From Candidatus Eiseniibacteriota bacterium (lineage in GTDB: Bacteria > Eisenbacteria > RBG-16-71-46 > CAIMUX01 > VGJL01): a DNA stretch of 64,000 bases. Of the stretch, positions 49,477 through 58,270 are shown in pieces. The notes beneath the pieces are model-generated. The model was not told the DNA's origin and did no database searches. It worked only from the letters and a program-made list of their open reading frames with translations. The stretch spans positions 1-64,000 of the forward strand of contig JBHGAY010000003.1 of the NCBI GenBank assembly GCA_041946735.1, in the 5' to 3' direction. The translations under genes and the position numbers were made by a program. Position 1 is the stretch's first letter. Every line of letters starts with the position of its first letter.

Positions 49477-51285
49477 CTAGACGAAGTACGCCTTGACCAC
49501 GTATTGCTGCAGCATCCGCTGAGCGTTGAAGAAGGATCCGTTCAAGGCGATCGCGTGACGCATCACGTCGATGTAGCGATCTCTCTCGCGATAGAACTGC
49601 GGGACGATCAGCTGCTCCAGGCGATCGTACAACGACTCCGCATCCGCGGCCGACCGTTCCTGATCTCCCAGGGCCGCTGTTGCCCCGTCCCCGATCGACC
49701 ATCCGGTCCGTCCCTCGATGCAGCCTTCGATCCACCAGCCGTCGAGGATGCTGAGGCTCGGCACACCGTTGACCGCGGCCTTCATGCCGCTCGTCCCCGA
49801 GGCTTCCATCGGAGGCTGGGGAGTGTTCAGCCATAGATCGACGCCTGAGGTGATCCGCTGGCCGAGCTCCCAGTCGTAATCCGGCAGGTAGACCACCGGA
49901 ACGGCATCACCGAGCGCCGACTTGGCGGCGAAGACCCGCTTGATCAGCTCCTTCCCCGGGTAGTCCTGCGGATGCGCCTTGCCCGCGTACACGATCTGGA
50001 CCTTGCCGATCTTGCTGGCGATCGCGCGCAAACGATCGAGATTCTGGAACAGGAGATCTGCCCGCTTGTACGTCGCGGCCCTCCGCGCGAAGCCGATCGT
50101 GAGGACATCAGGGGACAGGCGGGTCCCGGTATCGATCGCGATCCTGTCGAGCAGCGCTTGCTTCGCCTGCCTGTGGGCGTCCCAGATCTCATAGGTCGGG
50201 ATGCCGAGCGCATAGCGAAGGCTGAACGGATCCTCCCGCCACCCGGGGATGTAGCGGTCGAACAGCTCGTGAAACGACGGAGCGGCCCACGTCGCAGCGT
50301 GCACTCCGTTCGTGATGGCGTCGATCCGGTAGCCGGCGAACAGAAGGCGGGAGATCTCGCCGTGCCGCTTGGCGACGCCGTTGACGTAGTGGCTGAGACT
50401 GAGAGCGAGGTAGGTCATGTTCAGCTTGTGACCGCCGGCGAGGAGCGCTGGAAGGCTGGTTTCTCCCGTAGCCTGAAACAGTTCGGCGGCCAGCTTGAGG
50501 CTGATCGGGTCCTTCATCTCCAGGAACATCTCCGGCATCCCGAACTTTGCGTGGATCAGCTCGGTGGGGAACTGATCCTGCCCGGCGGCCACCGGGGTGT
50601 GCGTCGTGAAGATGCACTTGGCGCGAACCGCCTCGATGTCGGCTGTCACGGCAGTCTGCCGGTCGGACTTGCCGACTTCTTCGCGGAGCAGCTCGACGGT
50701 CAGGAACGCCGCGTGGCCCTCATTCATATGGAAGCGGCCGATCTCGGAATACCCGAGAGCGCGGAGCATCCGCACGCCGCCGATGCCGAGAATCACCTCC
50801 TGGCAGAGTCGATAGGTGAGGTCGCCGCCGTAGAGATAGTCGGTGAGCGTACGATCCGACTCGGCATTTTCGGGGAGATCGACATCGAGCAGATAGACGG
50901 GGACGTAGAACTCCGAGCCCGCCTGCGCCGTCGCCCTGTACTTCCACGCGCGGATCCAGACCGGCCGTCCCTCGAGATTGATCGAGACGCGCGCCGGCAT
51001 CTCCTCGGCGTGCTCCTCGACCTTCCATCGGGCCGGCTCCTCCGTCTGCCATCCGGACGGATCGAGGCGCTGGCGGAAGTAGCCTTTGTGGTGGACGAGC
51101 GAAACGGCGACCATCGGCAGCTGGAGATCGACCGCCGCCCGAATCGTATCCCCGGCCAGCATCCCGAGCCCGCCGCTATAGGTGGGGATCTCCGGCCGCA
51201 ACGCGATCTCCATCGAGAAGTATGCCACGAGGGGCATCCGGTGGATGGGAGACCGCGGCAAGGTTTGCGACTCCTGCGCATCCAT
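49477..51285 (-). CDS. glgP: Alpha-glucan (glycogen) phosphorylase
   Basis: [40 protein letters not shown] and EASGTSGMK (PLP Lys). Confidence 0.95.
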   Translation of the reverse strand: MDAQESQTLPRSPIHRMPLVAYFSMEIALRPEIPTYSGGLGMLAGDTIRAAVDLQLPMVAVSLVHHKGYFRQRLDPSGWQTEEPARWKVEEHAEEMPARVSINLEGRPVWIRAWKYRATAQAGSEFYVPVYLLDVDLPENAESDRTLTDYLYGGDLTYRLCQEVILGIGGVRMLRALGYSEIGRFHMNEGHAAFLTVELLREEVGKSDRQTAVTADIEAVRAKCIFTTHTPVAAGQDQFPTELIHAKFGMPEMFLEMKDPISLKLAAELFQATGETSLPALLAGGHKLNMTYLALSLSHYVNGVAKRHGEISRLLFAGYRIDAITNGVHAATWAAPSFHELFDRYIPGWREDPFSLRYALGIPTYEIWDAHRQAKQALLDRIAIDTGTRLSPDVLTIGFARRAATYKRADLLFQNLDRLRAIASKIGKVQIVYAGKAHPQDYPGKELIKRVFAAKSALGDAVPVVYLPDYDWELGQRITSGVDLWLNTPQPPMEASGTSGMKAAVNGVPSLSILDGWWIEGCIEGRTGWSIGDGATAALGDQERSAADAESLYDRLEQLIVPQFYRERDRYIDVMRHAIALNGSFFNAQRMLQQYVVKAYFV

Positions 51286-51354
51286 CAGGCAAGCAGCTTA
51301 GTCGATGGTCCGCGCCGCGTCAGCATCGTTCTTTGGGACGCCGCCGAGGCGGTA

Positions 51355-51430
51355 GAGCGGGCGCGGGCGAGCGGGCGGCGAGGCGAGCGGGTGCGAGCGA
51401 GCGGATGCCGGGGCGAGCAGGTGCTGAGGC
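51355..51430 (+). repeat. Degenerate 14-16 bp tandem repeat x5 (GAGCGG...GGC)
   Basis: gagcgggcgcgggc|gagcgggcggcgaggc|gagcgggtgcgagc|gagcggatgccggggc|gagcaggtgctgaggc. Confidence 0.65.
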
Positions 51431-51453
51431 GGGCGACCGCGATTCGGGACTGG

Positions 51454-52017
51454 CTACGGGAGACGACGACCCTCGAGATCGGCCAGCAATGCCTCGGCGT
51501 CGCGCGGATGGCGGAGGCGATGGACCGTCGTATCGACTCGCTCCGTCCCGTTCCCTTTGCTCACCAGGATCCGCTCATACTCGACGTGATTCCTGCGATG
51601 AGTCGTGATCACCCAGACGAGAATCGACTCTCGGCTGAAGAACGAGGCGCGGAAGCTCTCGCGATTGCCGCTGAACAGCTCCTCCTTGGTCAGAGCTCGC
51701 GCGATCGTGCGACGGAGGGCGCGCAAGAAGACGAGCGGGAACGAGTAGTCGAGCCAGACGATCGCGGTGGCGCGCGGCCAGCAGAGGTGCCTCACGCGGG
51801 AGTAGTTACCATCGATCACCCACCGTTCCTCGGCCCCTGCCGCTGCCACGCGCTCCTGGAAGACCTCCGCGGGAACCGGGGTCCAGTCGGGTCCCCAGAA
51901 GAGGGCGTCGAGTTCCACGTGGGCGGATCCGGTCGCGGCGGAGAGGCGCCGGGCGAACGAAGTCTTGCCGGAGCAGCTTGTTCCGATCACGACGGTTCTA
52001 CGGAAGTCGGAGGACAT
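51454..52017 (-). CDS. Adenylate-kinase-like / FlaR (topology modulation) family P-loop protein
   Basis: GTSCSGKTS, ELDALFWGPDW, WVIDGNY and GNRES motifs. Confidence 0.85.
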   Translation of the reverse strand: MSSDFRRTVVIGTSCSGKTSFARRLSAATGSAHVELDALFWGPDWTPVPAEVFQERVAAAGAEERWVIDGNYSRVRHLCWPRATAIVWLDYSFPLVFLRALRRTIARALTKEELFSGNRESFRASFFSRESILVWVITTHRRNHVEYERILVSKGNGTERVDTTVHRLRHPRDAEALLADLEGRRLP

Positions 52018-52144
52018 GGCGCGAAAGTGTACACCAGTCCAGGCGGCCGCTTGGCGTCGCCGTGCGTCGGCGGCTCTCGAGGGGGGGAGCCCGATGCGGG
52101 CGAAAGATCCGTCCTTTCATCGCCGGCTTTCGCTATCCCGAATC

Positions 52145-52408
52145 ATGCGGCGATCCCCCTGGGACGACCACCTTGCCGATATCACGACCCCGATCCTTTA
52201 CGTCGAGGCTGTGGGAGGTGGCGGGCCCTACGGGAAACACACCCTCGATCTCATCTCCAGCACCGACGTCACGATCCTGAGCTTCGGCTTCCATCCGCCG
52301 GAGGAGATCCTGCTCGAGTTCGCGCACATCGACCTGTTCTTGGCGAGGGACAACGCCTCCTTCGTCTGGACGCCGGTCTGCGACTGGGTCCTCGACCACA
52401 CGCCCTGA
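52145..52408 (+). pseudogene. Probable C-terminal remnant of an alpha/beta hydrolase
   Basis: PWDDHLADITTPILYV...FAHIDLF...VWTPVCDWV looks protein-like, with no N-terminal part present; followed by a strong hairpin. Confidence 0.5.
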
Positions 52409-52435
52409 CATCTTCTCGGCCTCCGTTTCACGCAT

Positions 52436-52470
52436 CGACCCCGCCCCGGCTCTCGGCCGGGGCGGGGTCG
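52436..52470. terminator. 15-bp perfect hairpin between convergent genes
   Basis: CGACCCCGCCCCGGC-TCTCG-GCCGGGGCGGGGTCG. Confidence 0.65.
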
Positions 52471-52561
52471 CCGTGATCGCCGAGCGGCCCGGCCCGGCGG
52501 CCGCCGGCCCGTTTCCGCCGGGTGCGACGAGGTCGGAACCCGCTGGACTACGATCAGCATG

Positions 52562-53680
52562 TCACTGCACCCGTCCGATCTCAACCTCGCGCGATCCCAG
52601 CGGAAGTGTGTAGAGGCTTCCGTCATCGGCCATCGTCCAGCCGTCCCGCCGGACCTCGTTGACGCCGCGAGTGAAGAGCCGCCGCGGAAGGAATCCGTCC
52701 GGAGCCGGCAGGAGATGGTAGAAGACGAGAAGTCGGACGTTGGCATCGTTCGCGATCTGCGCCGCTTCCTCGGGAGAGATGTGGTAGTCCTGCACGTCGT
52801 GCATGATCGCCGCCGTCCGGTCCCGCTGGACGGAGCGCGCCGCCGTCTCGAGAGACTGGGTCATCGAACGCGAGATGGCCTCGGACACGAGGATGTCCGC
52901 GTTCTCTGCGCTTTTCACCAGCGGAGGATGGTACTTCAAATCCCCGGTGATCACCGCGGATCTGCCCCTGTAATCGAATCGATAGGCGTATGCGGGAGAG
53001 ATCGGGGCATGATCCACCTCGATGGCCGTGATGCGAAGCGCCCCGTCGTCGTAAACCAGTGCGGTTCGATCCTTCGCCGGGGTCGATGGTCCATCGAGAG
53101 TGACCGTGTGCGCGACCATGCCCCAGGCGGCCGAGGGCATCACCTCTTCGCCGTGATGCTCGGTCCGGTATCCCTGGTCGGGACCGTAGGCCGTGTTGAA
53201 TCCCTGGACGACCGTCTCGACGCCGGGCCCTCCATAGACCGCGAGCGGCTGCTGGCGGCCGCCCGCCCAGGTCTGCAACTGCAACTCTCCCAGGTCGCCG
53301 ATGTGATCCGAGTGGAAGTGGGTCAGGAGGACGCCTGCGATCTCCGACATGGGGATTCCCCAGAGGAGGAGGTTCTCCACCGACTCCGGGCCGGAGTCGA
53401 CGACCCAGAACTTCCCCTCGGCGAAGACGACGACGCTCGCCTTCGCCCGAGAGGCGCTGGGAAGAGGCGCGGAAGATCCGGCGATGGCAATCCGAAGGGC
53501 GTCGTCTTCGAGCGGCTCGGAGTTGGTCCGCGCGCTCAACTGGACGGCGGCACGATCGAAGATCGCCTGCTGGAAGGCCGGGGTCAGGAGGGCCGCTGCG
53601 GATCCGGGGATCAGGATCGCGAGCGCGACGAGAGCGATCTTCAGGGACCTGTGAGCGAGGGCTCGGCGCATCTTCTTCAT
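52562..53680 (-). CDS. MBL-fold metallo-hydrolase (RNase Z/AtsA-like) with N-terminal signal or anchor
   Basis: GSSAPLP, VVDSG, THFHSDHIGD, VDH, ITGD and YHI motifs; start MKKMRR. Confidence 0.9.
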   Translation of the reverse strand: MKKMRRALAHRSLKIALVALAILIPGSAAALLTPAFQQAIFDRAAVQLSARTNSEPLEDDALRIAIAGSSAPLPSASRAKASVVVFAEGKFWVVDSGPESVENLLLWGIPMSEIAGVLLTHFHSDHIGDLGELQLQTWAGGRQQPLAVYGGPGVETVVQGFNTAYGPDQGYRTEHHGEEVMPSAAWGMVAHTVTLDGPSTPAKDRTALVYDDGALRITAIEVDHAPISPAYAYRFDYRGRSAVITGDLKYHPPLVKSAENADILVSEAISRSMTQSLETAARSVQRDRTAAIMHDVQDYHISPEEAAQIANDANVRLLVFYHLLPAPDGFLPRRLFTRGVNEVRRDGWTMADDGSLYTLPLGSREVEIGRVQ

Positions 53681-53733
53681 CTTGGGTTCCTCTCTTTCCT
53701 GCTTCCTGGGTCGGAGGCGGGGTTCGGTCTTGT

Positions 53734-54603
53734 TCAGTTCCGGGCGGCGACCGTGGCGGAGGGGATCGAGACGATCGGACGCTTGGTCGCTGGCTTCGCG
53801 AGCACGAGCTCCATCATGCGGCGCGCGACGACCGGCCCCGCGTTCTGGTTCTGGCCGGTAACCAGGTCGCCGTCGACCACGTAGTGATTGGCGAAGAAGT
53901 CGCGGATCGGGTGATGCGCGCACTCGAAGTTCGCGCCGGCGGCGCGCAGCGCGGATTCCGGATGCAGAGGAGTGATGGACACTCCGAGCTGGCGAATCTG
54001 GCGATCCGTGACCGCAGTGAGACGCCTGCCCTCCACGAGCGGTCTTCCTTCGATGTCGCGGGCGCGTAGCAACCCGAGCGGTCCATGGCAGATGCCTCCG
54101 AGCACACGGCGGGCGGCGTACGCGGCGCTCACCTGCTCTCCCAGCTCTTCCGATTGGCCCAGATCGAACGCGGCGCCCCATCCGCCCGCGAAGTAGACGA
54201 GGTCGTAGGACGCGAATTCGATCTCGGAAATGGCGAGAGACCGGGTGAGCTTCCCGCGCAGCACGTCGTCGCCGAGCATTCGGTCGTCCTCGGGCGTCCG
54301 CAGCGCTTCTTTCAGTGACAGAGGGTCGATCGGAACGATCCCGCCCTTTGGGCTCGCCACGTCCACGCGCATCCCGGCGTCGGCGAAACGGTAGTAGGGG
54401 ATGGTCAGCTCGGAGCCGAAGACACCGGTCGGGACGCCGATGTCGAGCACGCCATGGTTCGTCGCGACGCAGAGCGCGGAGCGGCCGGATAGATTGAGAG
54501 ACGGGGCGCGCCGGTCCTCGGGGTGCAGCCCAAGCCCTCGCAGGAGGGCGCGGCCGGCTCGGTTCGGCAAAGACGGTGATGGAGTGAGCAGTCGATCGGA
54601 CAT
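53734..54603 (-). CDS. DJ-1/PfpI (type 1 glutamine amidotransferase-like) protein
   Basis: TGVFGSELTIPY, ASPKGG, AGGWGA, GICHGP and TGQN motifs. Confidence 0.9.
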   Translation of the reverse strand: MSDRLLTPSPSLPNRAGRALLRGLGLHPEDRRAPSLNLSGRSALCVATNHGVLDIGVPTGVFGSELTIPYYRFADAGMRVDVASPKGGIVPIDPLSLKEALRTPEDDRMLGDDVLRGKLTRSLAISEIEFASYDLVYFAGGWGAAFDLGQSEELGEQVSAAYAARRVLGGICHGPLGLLRARDIEGRPLVEGRRLTAVTDRQIRQLGVSITPLHPESALRAAGANFECAHHPIRDFFANHYVVDGDLVTGQNQNAGPVVARRMMELVLAKPATKRPIVSIPSATVAARN

Positions 54604-54676
54604 TGGACTCTCCTTGCCTCTTGGACGGGTCGTCCTGGTGGCGGCTATGGATCAGGTCGGTTGAGGGGGGCGCTAG

Positions 54677-55477
54677 CTAGATCGAGGCGCGGATGCCGAG
54701 GAGGAATCCCGAGAGGGTCATGTCGGCGTCGAAGCCATGATCCTCCTCGAAATCAGCTTTCAGGATGCGGTAGCCGGCACTGATGCCGTAATGACCGGTC
54801 TTCCCGAACGAGTAGCTGACCGCCGGCGCGAGACTCCATGTGTAGTCCGTGCCGCCGGTCGAGATGTCCGCCTGCGCTTCCACTCCCCAATGGCCCGTCA
54901 ACCGGCCTCGGAAGCGCAGCCCCACGAGCGCATCGATGATCGTGTCGTCCGCTTCATAGCTCCGGGTGCTCGCCACCTCGCTGCCGGGATGGATCGTCGC
55001 ATCGACGGTCGTGCGCTCGTCGAGAAGACGGATGCCGGCGAGAAGCCCGAGTCCCTCGACCGGCTGCGGGAGATCGTAGGTGGCAGCGAAGTCGAAGATC
55101 GTCATGCCGAAGTCGGTCTTCAGATCGGTCGTGCCGGCACCTTCCGGCAAGGCAACGCCGGTCCGCTCGTCCGACAGCGTGACGTCGAAGAGGTCCGCGG
55201 CCGCTCCAAACCGTCCGTACTGCACCTCGGCGCGTGTCTGGAAGATCGTGTCGAGCACGTCCACCAGCTCGCTGACCGGGATGTCCTCGTCGACCACCTG
55301 GCGTCCATCGAGCCTCGCCTCGACGCTGACGTCGGTCGCCCAGACGTAGGGAGTGAGGCGGAAGCTCCACGGCGCGCCGCCGGCAGGCGCGGCCCCGAGG
55401 AGGCAAGCCAGGCTGGCGGAGGCGAGCGCGGCGCGAAGACCGGCCGCGAGATGGTAGCGAAGGGCGCGAGCATTCAT
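54677..55477 (-). CDS. Outer-membrane beta-barrel protein
   Basis: Signal peptide; WSFRLTPYVWA; alternating beta-strands; AGYR; C-terminal LSGFLLGIRASI. Confidence 0.75.
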   Translation of the reverse strand: MNARALRYHLAAGLRAALASASLACLLGAAPAGGAPWSFRLTPYVWATDVSVEARLDGRQVVDEDIPVSELVDVLDTIFQTRAEVQYGRFGAAADLFDVTLSDERTGVALPEGAGTTDLKTDFGMTIFDFAATYDLPQPVEGLGLLAGIRLLDERTTVDATIHPGSEVASTRSYEADDTIIDALVGLRFRGRLTGHWGVEAQADISTGGTDYTWSLAPAVSYSFGKTGHYGISAGYRILKADFEEDHGFDADMTLSGFLLGIRASI

Positions 55478-55518
55478 GGTTGGATCTCCTTCCAAACGGA
55501 CTGTTCTTCCCTGGAACC

Positions 55519-55746
55519 TCACGACTCGATCTCGAGCGTGAGGGTCGCCTTGCGAAGGCGGGCGTCGAGGGCGGCGCTGAACGCGCGGAAGGCATCGCTG
55601 CCGGTGGCGATCAGAGCGTCGATCTCGACCGCATTGAGGTCGAGACCCTGCTCGCGCACTACCTCGTGCGGCTGCTTCGCGAATCGAACCTGCAGCGCGG
55701 CATCGGTAGCGAGTCTTCCGATGAGTACCTCGACGTGCTTGTGCAT
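55519..55746 (-). CDS. Os1348-family / NHLP-clan small protein
   Basis: VEVLIGRLATDAALQVRFAKQP...GLDLNAVEIDAL...LDARLRKA resembles NHLP/Franean1_4349 leader-like proteins. Confidence 0.75.
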   Translation of the reverse strand: MHKHVEVLIGRLATDAALQVRFAKQPHEVVREQGLDLNAVEIDALIATGSDAFRAFSAALDARLRKATLTLEIES

Positions 55747-55758
55747 GCCGGGCCCTGA

Positions 55759-55774
55759 TGCGTCTTTCGTACCA
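55759..55774 (-). promoter_or_regulatory. sigma54 (-24/-12) promoter
   Basis: Minus strand TGGTACGAAAGACGCA (GG-N10-GC); predicted +1 near 55748, 2 nt before ATG 55746; divergent from a bEBP gene. Confidence 0.7.
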
Positions 55775-55873
55775 GGAAGGGATAGAAGGCCGACGGATCG
55801 TTAACGCTTCGAGAGAACGGAGCTTGCGTGCGAAGATGTGCCGGCCGGCGAGCCGGCCCGGGTGATTCGATCG

Positions 55874-55937
55874 GGACATTCGTCCAGAAGCGGACAAGGG
55901 GAGACGGACAGCGCGGACAGGGGGGACGGCTCGGACA
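55874..55937. promoter_or_regulatory. Candidate bEBP upstream activating sequences
   Basis: Five GGACA copies (55874, 55892, 55906, 55915, 55933), including the dyad GTCC-N6-GGAC at 55882-55895, 100-165 bp from the sigma54 site. Confidence 0.45.
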
Positions 55938-56062
55938 GTGGCGCGGCCCCTGGAGGATGCGCGGAGCGCGAACACCGCGTCGCCTCACGACTGGCGAACG
56001 CCGTCCGCAGGCGCGGTTACCGGATGGACAGACGCGCCGGTTTCTGCTCTATTGTGCGGCCC

Positions 56063-58204
56063 ATGTCGATCTCCACTCCTGACTCCTGGGGCCGTACGAA
56101 TTCCGATTCGGGTCAGCCGGCGGAGCATCTCGCGTTCGGCGATCTGTTCGCACACGCAGCATCGATGCTCGCGGAAAGCCTCGCATTCGATCGTGCCGAA
56201 CTTGTACTACTGGAGGGCGAGGAGACCGTACGATCCATCGCGTGGGGACCAGGGGAGTTGGCCGAGACGAGCGAGACATTCCTGGCCCGGCGAGACTATT
56301 CCGAGCGGTTGTGGCCATCGGCGCCTGGGCAGCCGATTCACTTTCTCGCGGATGTCGCCGGGCTCCTCCGTTCGGATCTCGCGGCGGACCGGCGCCTGCT
56401 CGATGGCGGTGCGCGCGCCGCGCTGACCGTCCCGATCGATCGGCGAGATCGGGTGGAAGCGCTACTGATCCTGTCGACGCAGGAGGCGGGGAGCCTTCGC
56501 GAGCCCGCTCCGTCGGCGGTGACGATGCTGAGGCAGGCGGCCCGGTTCCTTGCGAGTGCCGCGGAGCACGAGAGAGCATGGGCGGTCGAGCAGGATCGCC
56601 AACGTCGCCGTGCGAAGCTCGAGGCCCTTCTGCCCGCGATCGCCGGGTCGCTCGACGTCCGCAAGGTGTTTCTCGCCCTCTCCGAGGTAGTCCAGGAAGT
56701 CGTTCCGCACGATGTCATGGCATTCGCTCTCCTCACAGAGGATCGAGGTGGAGTGCGAATCCAGGCGGCGACGCATCAGGGAGTGCTCGAACTTCCCGAG
56801 TATCGGTTCAGCAACCCGGAGGAGGCGCTCGATGCCAACTGGAAGTTCCTGCTCGCCTACGACCTCACGCCGGTGGACGAGGCGGCCGTCCGGTGCCGCA
56901 TCTCTCCGCGCTTCGCAGCCGTACCGGTCGAGGTGATCGTTCGTCCGGGGCCTGCCTGGATGCGATTCATCGAACAGGTGGGAGTGCGATCGACGCTCCG
57001 CGTGCCGATCCGCTCCAAGGACCGGCCGATCGGCGGCGTGGTCTTCCTGGCAACGAAGAGCGACGCCTACGACGAGGAGGATGGAATCCTCGCGTCCCGC
57101 ATCGCCGACCATGTCGCTCTCGCGATCGCGCATCAGGAGCTGGCCGAGGAGGAGCGCCTCATCGCGCTGGCGGAGGAGCGGGCGTTCCTGCTCGAGAAGC
57201 GCATCGATGCGCTTTCGAGCGAGCTGGACCGGTTCAGCGCGCACCGGGCGATCGGGCAGTCGGCGAGCTGGAGGAAAGCCCTGGCCGACGCCACTCAGGT
57301 GGCCGCGACGGACACGACCGTTCTCGTCACCGGGGAGTCGGGAACCGGCAAGGAGGTGCTTGCTCGCTTCATTCACCGAGGCTCGAGGCGTGCGAAGGGG
57401 CCGTTCGTGGCCTTGAACTGCGCGGCGCTCCCCGAGCAGCTTCTCGAGTCGGAGCTGTTCGGGCATGAGCGCGGCGCGTTCACGGGAGCGGTCGAGGCGC
57501 GGCCCGGGAAGATCGAGCAGGCGTCGGGCGGATCGCTCTTCCTCGACGAGGTGGGAGAGATGTCCCCCGCGGTGCAGGCGAAGTTCCTGCGCGTGCTGCA
57601 GGAGCGCGAATTCCAGCGCGTCGGGGGCTCGAAGACGATCCGGGCCGATGTTCGGATCATCGCGGCGACGAATCGCGACCCTCGCGCGGGCGTCGCGGGG
57701 GGTTCCTTCCGCGAGGATCTCTACTACCGTCTCGCGGTCTTCGAAATCCACCTGCCGCCTCTTCGGGAGCGGCCGGAGGATATCCTCGTTCTTGCCGAGG
57801 CCTTTCTCGAGGAGGTCGGCCGGACGATCGGGCGGCCGGCGGCCGGAGTCTCGGAGGACGCGCGCGAGCAGTTGCTCGTCCACGCGTGGCCGGGAAACGT
57901 TCGCGAGCTACGCAATGCGATCGAGCGAGCCGTGATCCTCTGCCAGGGCGGACTGATCACGCGCGACCACCTGCCGATCTCGATCGCCCGTCCGCCTGCC
58001 GACCGAGTCGCGATCGCCGCTCCTCGAGCCGCCGACTTCCCGATCGAGGGAGTAGCTCTCGATGAGGTCGAGCGGGAGCTGCTACAGAAGGCGATGGCGA
58101 AGGCGGGGAACAACAAGTCCCAGGCCGCGAAGCTGCTCGGCGTTTCGCGCGGGCAGCTTTACTCGCTGCTCCGTCGTCATGGCTTGACGGAAGCGCGTCG
58201 CTGA
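56063..58204 (+). CDS. sigma54-dependent enhancer-binding protein with two GAF-like domains and Fis HTH
   Basis: [47 protein letters not shown] and [13 protein letters not shown] motifs. Confidence 0.95.
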   Translation: MSISTPDSWGRTNSDSGQPAEHLAFGDLFAHAASMLAESLAFDRAELVLLEGEETVRSIAWGPGELAETSETFLARRDYSERLWPSAPGQPIHFLADVAGLLRSDLAADRRLLDGGARAALTVPIDRRDRVEALLILSTQEAGSLREPAPSAVTMLRQAARFLASAAEHERAWAVEQDRQRRRAKLEALLPAIAGSLDVRKVFLALSEVVQEVVPHDVMAFALLTEDRGGVRIQAATHQGVLELPEYRFSNPEEALDANWKFLLAYDLTPVDEAAVRCRISPRFAAVPVEVIVRPGPAWMRFIEQVGVRSTLRVPIRSKDRPIGGVVFLATKSDAYDEEDGILASRIADHVALAIAHQELAEEERLIALAEERAFLLEKRIDALSSELDRFSAHRAIGQSASWRKALADATQVAATDTTVLVTGESGTGKEVLARFIHRGSRRAKGPFVALNCAALPEQLLESELFGHERGAFTGAVEARPGKIEQASGGSLFLDEVGEMSPAVQAKFLRVLQEREFQRVGGSKTIRADVRIIAATNRDPRAGVAGGSFREDLYYRLAVFEIHLPPLRERPEDILVLAEAFLEEVGRTIGRPAAGVSEDAREQLLVHAWPGNVRELRNAIERAVILCQGGLITRDHLPISIARPPADRVAIAAPRAADFPIEGVALDEVERELLQKAMAKAGNNKSQAAKLLGVSRGQLYSLLRRHGLTEARR

Positions 58205-58270
58205 TCGAGCCGGCCGGATGCGACGCTCTCGTCTCACGTGAATCGCCGCGGGCCGTGCGAGATCAGCGCA

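Noticed and set aside
55519..55746. Complete RiPP biosynthetic cluster
   Set aside because: There is no core peptide and no modifying enzyme or peptidase-containing transporter nearby. Kept only as an NHLP-like protein.
55829..55843. Second sigma54-like site CGGCACATCTTCGCA on the minus strand
   Set aside because: The GG-to-GC spacing is 9 nt instead of the required 10. The site at 55759-55774 fits properly.
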